Assembly: GCF_021869535.1 (NCBI RefSeq) | Contig: NW_026262723.1 | Location: 97,092,001-97,156,000, forward strand | Length of the DNA: 64,000 bases | DNA from: Mytilus californianus | Lineage: Eukaryota | Direction of reading: 5' to 3' | Part shown: positions 61,701-64,000 of the stretch, in pieces | Position numbering within the stretch: position 1 is the first letter of the stretch | Layout of the letters: each line of letters begins with the position of its first letter | Notes under the pieces: model-generated | The model's database searches: none | What the model was told of the DNA's origin: nothing | The model's input: the letters and a program-made list of their open reading frames with translations, nothing else | Made by a program: the position numbers and the translations under genes

Positions 61701-61722
61701 AAGTCTACTCTCAACGAGAAAA
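1676..61722 (+). CDS. slo: Slo1/BK Ca2+-activated K+ channel alpha subunit (slowpoke/KCNMA1 family), 5'-partial and probably 3'-partial; 21 core exons
   Basis: Manually spliced exons give one open frame (2825 nt) with BK hallmarks: S4 RFLRALR, pore [16 protein letters not shown], Cxx[11 protein letters not shown], Ca bowl [12 protein letters not shown]. All junctions are GT-AG and phase-compatible. Confidence 0.98.
3839..3964. repeat. 3 perfect tandem copies of a 41-bp unit
   Basis: TTTACCTATTTTCACCTGGTACAACCCTTAGACTTGGACAA x3. Confidence 0.95.
4345..4456 (+). CDS. slo: slo exon: S3 ([38 protein letters not shown])
   Basis: tttttcag acceptor, G|GTAGGT donor, 112 nt. Confidence 0.98.
4545..4955. 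repeat. degenerate minisatellite (about 40-bp unit with ATCA microsatellite)
   Basis: repeated aagcatatgttaagccaccttc-aatcaatca units. Confidence 0.85.
5793..7685. mobile_element. putative 1.9-kb non-autonomous TIR element
   Basis: perfect 16-bp IR TGACGTTACGCACGGT (5793-5808) / ACCGTGCGTAACGTCA (7670-7685); no TSD found. Confidence 0.5.
9370..9870. repeat. degenerate minisatellite
   Basis: recurring ataatttctacatcacaccaagta units. Confidence 0.85.
9953..10245. mobile_element. SINE-like interspersed repeat
   Basis: tgtgcctgtcccaagtcaggagcctg core shared with 13324-13580 and 29526-30095 (opposite orientation) and 39360-39665; the other end (tctca...gcaat) also recurs at 38155-38365. Confidence 0.75.
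11853..12445 (+). mobile_element. Helentron-like non-autonomous element (HINE) with internal tandem cores
   Basis: TTTTATGCCCC subTIR plus IR, GTAC/GTCC microsatellite, about 3 core repeats of roughly 150 bp, GGGGGCAT and TGTGTC-CATGGACACA 3' hairpin. Confidence 0.85.
13324..13580. mobile_element. SINE-like repeat, opposite orientation to 9953 copy
   Basis: gccaatgagacaactctccaccagagacc...acaggctcctgact. Confidence 0.75.
14623..15020. mobile_element. interspersed element with a 60-bp-arm hairpin and TGACGTCA motifs (Crypton-like, tentative)
   Basis: arms 14850-14910 / 14950-15010; inverted homologous fragment at 38625-38745. Confidence 0.65.
15546..16365 (+). mobile_element. HINE-like element, second family
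   Basis: TTATTCCCC...GGGGTAT IR, TGTC/GTCC microsatellite, tgaccttgac cores, GGGGTAT 3' subTIR. Confidence 0.7.
16464..17650 (+). mobile_element. HINE, long composite copy
   Basis: same family as 11853; near-identical in detail to 43132-44410. Confidence 0.88.
17855..18006 (+). CDS. slo: slo exon: S4-S5 ([51 protein letters not shown])
   Basis: tttgtag acceptor, TTA|GTAAGT donor, 152 nt, S4 arginines intact. Confidence 0.98.
18433..18603 (+). CDS. slo: slo exon: turret, pore and S6 start (VENSGDPW...[29 protein letters not shown])
   Basis: tttcag acceptor, ATT|GTAAGT donor, 171 nt, K+ selectivity filter TVGYG. Confidence 0.98.
18829..18890 (-). ncRNA. degenerate type-I hammerhead ribozyme remnant (Penelope-like repeat)
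   Basis: minus strand GCGTTC-CTGATGA-AGGTACCA-GAAA...AAAAGTGCTTTGGGCGC. Confidence 0.5.
19192..20528. mobile_element. TTAA-target non-autonomous DNA transposon (Kolobok-like)
   Basis: TTAA|GGATGTA...TACATCC|TTAA. Confidence 0.7.
19366..19944. mobile_element. nested TIR MITE (Kolobok-like)
   Basis: about 35-bp imperfect TIR AGGAGTAGGTC(T/C)(A/G)GTAAG; flanks TCAA/TTTA resemble decayed TTAA. Confidence 0.8.
20668..20759 (+). CDS. slo: slo exon: S6 end and linker ([30 protein letters not shown])
   Basis: tttgtag acceptor, AA|GTAAGT donor, 92 nt. Confidence 0.97.
20817..21025. mobile_element. Tc1/mariner-type MITE
   Basis: TACTGTAAATTCAGAAATTATTGC / GCAATAATTTCTGAATGTACAGTA, TA ends; truncated copy near 53295. 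Confidence 0.85.
21624..21734 (+). CDS. slo: slo exon: RCK1 start ([37 protein letters not shown])
   Basis: tttttag acceptor, AA|GTAAGT donor, 111 nt; D362/D367/E374 equivalents present. Confidence 0.98.
22360..22570. repeat. degenerate tandem repeat, about 48-bp unit x4
   Basis: ttcaaataaatttccataat..actgtta recurring. Confidence 0.75.
22790..23875 (+). mobile_element. HINE-like element (TTATACGACCGCA family)
   Basis: TATACGACCGCA...TGTGGTCGTATA IR, GTCGTT microsatellite, 3' TGCGGTCGTAT plus hairpin. Confidence 0.75.
24643..25983 (+). mobile_element. HINE (TGTCTCGCCT/AGGCGAGACA family) interrupted by an unrelated insertion of about 0.9 kb (roughly 24950-25880)
   Basis: 5' part and 3' end AGGCGAGACATTTCAGCGTGTGCACTCTTGTTT match 62601-63783. 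Confidence 0.75.
27228..27333 (+). CDS. slo: slo exon: RCK1 ([35 protein letters not shown])
   Basis: tttacag acceptor, AAG|GTTAAT donor, 106 nt; E399 equivalent present. Confidence 0.97.
27757..28052. mobile_element. interspersed element with a 59-bp-arm hairpin (Crypton-like, tentative)
   Basis: arms 27757-27815 / 27836-27893, then gatgatgtca...gccaatcag block. Confidence 0.65.
28142..28294 (+). CDS. slo: slo exon: RCK1 ([51 protein letters not shown])
   Basis: gatgcag acceptor, AAG|GTATGA donor, 153 nt. Confidence 0.98.
29526..30095. mobile_element. long SINE-like interspersed repeat
   Basis: shares gaggctcctgacttgggacaggc core with the 9953 and 39360 copies. Confidence 0.75.
30290..30415. 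repeat. 25-bp minisatellite, 4-5 copies
   Basis: aaattcattgactggaccatac recurring. Confidence 0.85.
30714..31126 (+). mobile_element. HINE, decayed copy of the 11853 family
   Basis: same cores and 3' GGGGGCATCTGTGTCCCATGGACACA. Confidence 0.8.
31713..31868 (+). CDS. slo: slo exon: RCK1 ([52 protein letters not shown])
   Basis: ttttaaag acceptor, ACT|GTAAGT donor, 156 nt. Confidence 0.98.
32845..33955 (+). mobile_element. decayed HINE-like element
   Basis: GGCG microsatellite head; 3' caactgttcagggtttgacctctgc shared with 23825. Confidence 0.5.
34941..35390 (+). mobile_element. HINE-like element
   Basis: TAGGGCCCCGCC..GGCGGACGCCCTA IR, GTCC microsatellite, 2 internal cores with ggtcaaaggtcaag. 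Confidence 0.75.
35685..35830 (-). mobile_element. SINE fragment with (TGAT)n tail
   Basis: tgattgattg tail followed by ggagtgccctgagaaaaccaccaacctt core. Confidence 0.6.
36160..36424 (+). mobile_element. HINE, single-core copy of the 11853 family
   Basis: complete termini with one core repeat. Confidence 0.85.
37685..37797 (+). CDS. slo: slo exon: RCK1 ([38 protein letters not shown])
   Basis: gtgtag acceptor, GA|GTAAGT donor, 113 nt; E535 equivalent present. Confidence 0.97.
38155..38365. mobile_element. SINE-like repeat fragment
   Basis: homologous to 13324 copy. Confidence 0.7.
38430..38588 (+). CDS. slo: slo exon: RCK1 ([53 protein letters not shown])
   Basis: ttttcag acceptor, AG|GTATAT donor, 159 nt. 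Confidence 0.97.
39040..39355 (+). pseudogene. Penelope-like element reverse transcriptase fragment
   Basis: [35 protein letters not shown]...YRYCDDIF matches the PLE RT GxPMG and YxDD motifs; truncated. Confidence 0.85.
39360..39665. mobile_element. SINE-like repeat
   Basis: same family and orientation as 9953. Confidence 0.75.
39803..39879 (+). CDS. slo: slo exon: heme-binding CxxCH segment ([25 protein letters not shown])
   Basis: tttttag acceptor, T|GTAAGT donor, 77 nt, ends in phase 1. Confidence 0.96.
41400..41576 (+). mobile_element. 177-bp solo LTR containing a tRNA-derived sequence (Helenus-type TRIM-like)
   Basis: TGTGAC...GTTACA termini; 4-bp TSD CCTG at 41396-41399 and 41577-41580. 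Confidence 0.8.
41467..41539 (+). pseudogene. tRNA-Thr(TGT)-like sequence inside the LTR (A box 41474-41485, B box 41518-41528)
   Basis: TAGCTCAGTCGG, CTTGTAA loop, GGTTCGAGTCCC; acceptor, D and anticodon stems mispaired. Confidence 0.8.
42104..42385. mobile_element. PIF/Harbinger-type MITE
   Basis: about 35-40-bp TIR GGGAGCTACCATTTGATTTTTATGGGGG; 3-bp TSD TAA; internal aaaaaaggcaggac repeats. Confidence 0.88.
43132..44410 (+). mobile_element. HINE, long composite copy (twin of 16464-17650)
   Basis: shared unique internal segment and 3' end. Confidence 0.88.
44490..44795. mobile_element. SINE-like bivalve repeat
   Basis: gagcaggatctgcttacccttctggagcacctgagatcaccccc core; GC-richer than flanks. 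Confidence 0.65.
45414..45437 (+). CDS. slo: candidate 24-nt cassette microexon (phase 1-1; W-TQALLRT)
   Basis: ttctttttaaaacag|GG...CTG|GTGAGA; multiple of 3; open in required phase; GCATG at +8. Confidence 0.6.
45623..45646 (+). CDS. slo: candidate 24-nt cassette microexon (phase 1-1; NFAIAES)
   Basis: tactacag|GG...GTG|GTGAGA; multiple of 3; open in required phase; GCATG at +13. Confidence 0.55.
46760..47345 (+). mobile_element. decayed cores of the 147-bp HINE repeat
   Basis: cattttcatggttca...caactacatttggtg...tgaccttgacc similar to the 62809 unit. Confidence 0.6.
49018..49093 (+). CDS. slo: slo exon: RCK1-RCK2 linker ([25 protein letters not shown]), phase 1 to 2
   Basis: tgttttag acceptor, GG|GTAAGG donor, 76 nt; the only exon I found that bridges the phase-1 donor at 39879 to the phase-2 acceptor at 54074. 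Confidence 0.85.
49504..49608 (+). CDS. slo: candidate 105-nt cassette exon (phase 2-2; [34 protein letters not shown])
   Basis: tttttgcag acceptor, AT|GTAAAG donor, open in required phase, purine-rich, GCATG at +19; donor choice uncertain. Confidence 0.65.
51318..51845 (+). mobile_element. HINE-like element
   Basis: ATACCCC..GGGTAT IR, GTCC/GTCA microsatellite, two cores. Confidence 0.7.
52244..52282 (+). CDS. slo: candidate 39-nt cassette exon (phase 2-2; [12 protein letters not shown])
   Basis: tttttgacatcttcag|G...AGA|GTAAGA; open in required phase. Confidence 0.55.
52913..52927 (+). CDS. slo: candidate 15-nt microexon (phase 2-2; FYDL-G)
   Basis: ctttttgttttattgtttacag|...AGG|GTATGT; strong sites; open in required phase; GCATG at +30. 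Confidence 0.55.
54074..54233 (+). CDS. slo: slo exon: linker end/RCK2 start ([16 protein letters not shown]...[21 protein letters not shown])
   Basis: atatttag acceptor, ATG|GTAAGT donor, 160 nt. Confidence 0.96.
54171..54480 (+). repeat. tandem duplication of the slo exon 3' end and its donor into the intron
   Basis: 65-bp unit 54171-54235 repeated at 54236-54300, 52-bp unit at 54301-54352, further decayed copies. Confidence 0.9.
54745..55362 (+). mobile_element. HINE with three cores of about 166 bp
   Basis: unit starts 54803, 54970, 55134; AGGCGAGACA 3' subTIR. Confidence 0.75.
55477..55701 (+). CDS. slo: slo exon: RCK2 ([47 protein letters not shown]...KLSILP)
   Basis: ttttttcag acceptor, CCT|GTAAGT donor, 225 nt. 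Confidence 0.98.
55963..56116. mobile_element. short MITE with an apparent 6-bp TSD
   Basis: TAGTCTGTGCCAAACT / AGTTTGGGATACACTA; GTGTAA on both flanks. Confidence 0.65.
56311..56518 (+). CDS. slo: slo exon: RCK2 ([26 protein letters not shown]...[18 protein letters not shown])
   Basis: tattccag acceptor, G|GTATGT donor, 208 nt. Confidence 0.97.
56637..56848. mobile_element. mariner-type MITE (TACTGTGGAT family), decayed
   Basis: tactgtggat ... aatccgaagta ends. Confidence 0.6.
57218..57316 (+). CDS. slo: slo exon ([32 protein letters not shown]), contains the RRGS PKA-type site
   Basis: ttttgcag acceptor, G|GTAAGT donor, 99 nt. Confidence 0.96.
57416..57979. mobile_element. TA-flanked MITE with a 30-bp TIR
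   Basis: TAACGTGACGGTACCCAAATTGCACCTATT vs its inverse at 57950-57979 (28/30). Confidence 0.88.
58194..58324 (+). CDS. slo: slo exon: Ca2+ bowl ([43 protein letters not shown])
   Basis: tttttcag acceptor, ACT|GTAAGT donor, 131 nt. Confidence 0.98.
59104..59298 (+). CDS. slo: slo exon ([30 protein letters not shown]...FEGPLSGFG)
   Basis: tttacag acceptor, GGG|GTAAAA donor, 195 nt. Confidence 0.97.
60059..60229 (+). CDS. slo: slo exon ([28 protein letters not shown]...[19 protein letters not shown])
   Basis: gttgcag acceptor, CAG|GTTTGT donor, 171 nt. Confidence 0.97.
61055..61187. mobile_element. short foldback/MITE
   Basis: ATACATGATTCCCAGGGAAGGCACATTGAAAA vs TTTCAAAGTGCCTTTCCTGGGTTTCATGTAT. 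Confidence 0.65.
61662..61722 (+). CDS. slo: slo exon: end of RCK2/tail ([20 protein letters not shown])
   Basis: ctatgcag acceptor, AAA|GTAAGC donor, 61 nt; VFCL matches the IFCL/VFVL motif after TDQ; next exon not found in window. Confidence 0.88.
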
Positions 61723-62600
61723 GTAAGCTATGTTTTCTGTATAGTATCCCTCCCTGAGTTTGATATATGTAGATTCTGTTGATTTTTTACCTTGGTAGAA
61801 AATTGTTAGAATGAAAAATGAACAAGAACAAAAACCCATTTTAACAGAAATTTACATATTTTGTATTTTATACAATAGATGTTATATGCATGCATAAACA
61901 GATTGGTTATGGGAATTGTGTTAAGATGTATTTTCATAACTTTTATAAGACTGTGTCCCTAATAGGTATCAAATGAAGTTGATAAAAAAGTTTGTAAGCA
62001 AAAGTCCCATAACCTGATTTAAAGAATAGTCGTGTTCAGGGGTATGTATTAAGCAATGGGAAACCTGACTGAACAAAAATATGCAGATGTCAGAATATTC
62101 GTTACGTACAAAACAGTATATTTCCTGTTTTGGTAACAGGAGTTAAAAATTGTTTAAAATACATTTTAAGCTCTAAAATTGAGAGGGTTAATTTTTATAG
62201 TGAATTATCCTATTTACTAAAATTCTTCTAAAATATTTTGATATAAACATTATACAGAAATAAATGATCTTCCTTTTTCACTTTGGATGGGGGCAAGATC
62301 AAAATGGAATGCTAAGATTACCTCATTCTTGCCTTTTCATTATTCTGTGATTTGTTGGCAATGATTAATATTGGTAAGGTCAAATACTCACTAGAAATTG
62401 TTCATCACAGGTGTTAGGAATGAAAAAAGGTCAATTAAAATCAACAAATTTTGAATTTTGAAGAGGAAAACATTAATAGAATGAGCTTAAATCATATGAC
62501 ACCAGAGTTTTTTCTGATTTTTTATTTTTTTTACTTTTATCAATGTAAACAAAATTTTAAATATTACTTCTGTGGATTCATCATTATAGGCAGGATACAA

Positions 62601-63783
62601 TTTTTGTCTCGCCTGCAATGAAAGTCGCAGTATGTGAGACAGCGGCGGCGTAAACTATTTGTATAAAGCTTTATATTTCAGAAGGTAGAAGACTTGGATG
62701 CTTCATACCTTGTATGCAGATACCTTATGTTACGAAGTTTCCATCTGTCATATGCCCATTGTCCTTGACCTCATTTTCATGTTTCATTGGTCATCATTAA
62801 TTTTTATGTTTTGGTCTGTTTTTCAGGTACTGTAAGCAATAGGTCAACTATATTTGGTGTATGGAATGATTGTAAGGTGTACATGTCTGTCTAGCTGGTG
62901 TCATCTGACCTTGACCTCATATTCATGGTTCATTGGTCATTGTTATTATTTTGTGTTTTGGTCTGTTTTTCAAGTGCTGTAAGCAATAGGTCAACTATAT
63001 TTGGTGTATGGAGTGATTGTAAGGTGTACATGTCTGTCTAGTTGGTGTCATCTGACCTTGACCTCATATTCATGGTTCATTGGTTGTTGTTGATTTTTTG
63101 TGTTTTGGTCTGTTTTTCAAGTACTGTAAGCAATAGGTCAACTATATTTGGTGTATAGAATGATTGTAAGGTGTACATGTCTGTCTAGCTGGTGTCATCT
63201 GACCTTGACCTCATATTCATGGTTCATTGGTTGTTGTTGATTTTTTGTGTTTTGGTCTGTTTTTCAAGTACTGTAAGCAATAGGTCAACTATATTTGGTG
63301 TATGGAATGATTGTAAGGTGTACATGTCTGTCTAGCTGGTGTCATCTGACCTTGACCTCATATTCATGGTTCATTGGTCGTTGTTGATTTTTTGTGTTTT
63401 GGTCTGTTTTTCAAGTACTGTAAGCAATAGGTCAACTATATTTGGTGTATGGAATGATTGTAAGGTGTACATGTCTGTCTAGCCAGTATCATCTGACCTT
63501 GACCTCATATTCATGGTTCATTGGTTAACATTAAGTTTTGGTGTTTTGGTCTGTTTTTTGATTACCATAAGCAATGGGTCAACTATGTTTGGTGTATGGA
63601 ATAATTGTGAGGTGTACATGTCTGGGTGACAGTTTTTATCTGACCTTGACCTTATTGTCATGGATCTTTAAGAATGTTAAGTTTATGTGATTCTTGTAGT
63701 AAAACCTTTGTCTTTAAGACTTTCAACATAAAATCAATGGTCAGTAAAACAGGCGAGACATTTCAGCGTGTGCACTCTTGTTT
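62601..63783 (+). mobile_element. HINE with about six tandem 147-bp cores
   Basis: unit starts 62809, 62956, 63103, 63250, 63397, 63544; TGTCTCGCCT/AGGCGAGACA subTIRs. Confidence 0.9.
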
Positions 63784-64000
63784 ATGAAATAGAGGTGAAC
63801 CATAGATTAAACAGTTCAACAGAATGCAAATTTTCTAAAGGCTTGTATTCAGAATTTGTTAAAACCAAACATCTAGTACCCTGCAAAATGCAACTTTCCC
63901 TCAATCCACATAGATTGGTGCTCACAAAAATGCATAAATCCACAGTATATAGTACTATCACATTGTCAATTATATTCTTCTCTTTTATAAAACAACACTG

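Noticed and set aside
62809-63670. CRISPR-like arrays (also 3839-3964 and 54803-55300)
   Set aside because: Head-to-tail repeats with no unique spacers, eukaryotic context, no cas genes.

Overview
AT-rich eukaryotic genomic DNA. The repeat families look bivalve, most likely Mytilus; this is pattern recognition, not a database result. The window is almost wholly occupied by one + strand multi-exon gene encoding a Slo1/BK large-conductance Ca2+-activated K+ channel (slowpoke/KCNMA1 family). I traced 21 phase-consistent GT-AG core exons from 1676 to 61722 (2825 nt, about 941 codons), covering the S1-S2 loop, S2-S6 with the TVGYGD pore, RCK1, RCK2 and the Ca2+ bowl. The N-terminus lies upstream of the window and the tail probably continues downstream. 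Highlights: (1) a cluster of frame-preserving candidate cassette/micro-exons (24, 24, 105, 39, 15 nt) in the RCK1-RCK2 linker, four of five followed closely by the Rbfox-type GCATG motif; (2) pore substitutions equivalent to G311S and Y294S and loss of the RKK motif, predicting unusual pharmacology or a divergent paralog; (3) a 177-bp solo LTR with a 4-bp TSD containing a tRNA-Thr-like Pol III promoter; (4) tandem duplication of an exon end together with its splice donor; (5) decayed hammerhead-ribozyme remnants and a Penelope-like RT fragment. Introns are packed with Helentron-like non-autonomous elements carrying internal tandem arrays, MITEs and SINE-like repeats. TE boundaries are approximate unless a TSD is quoted.
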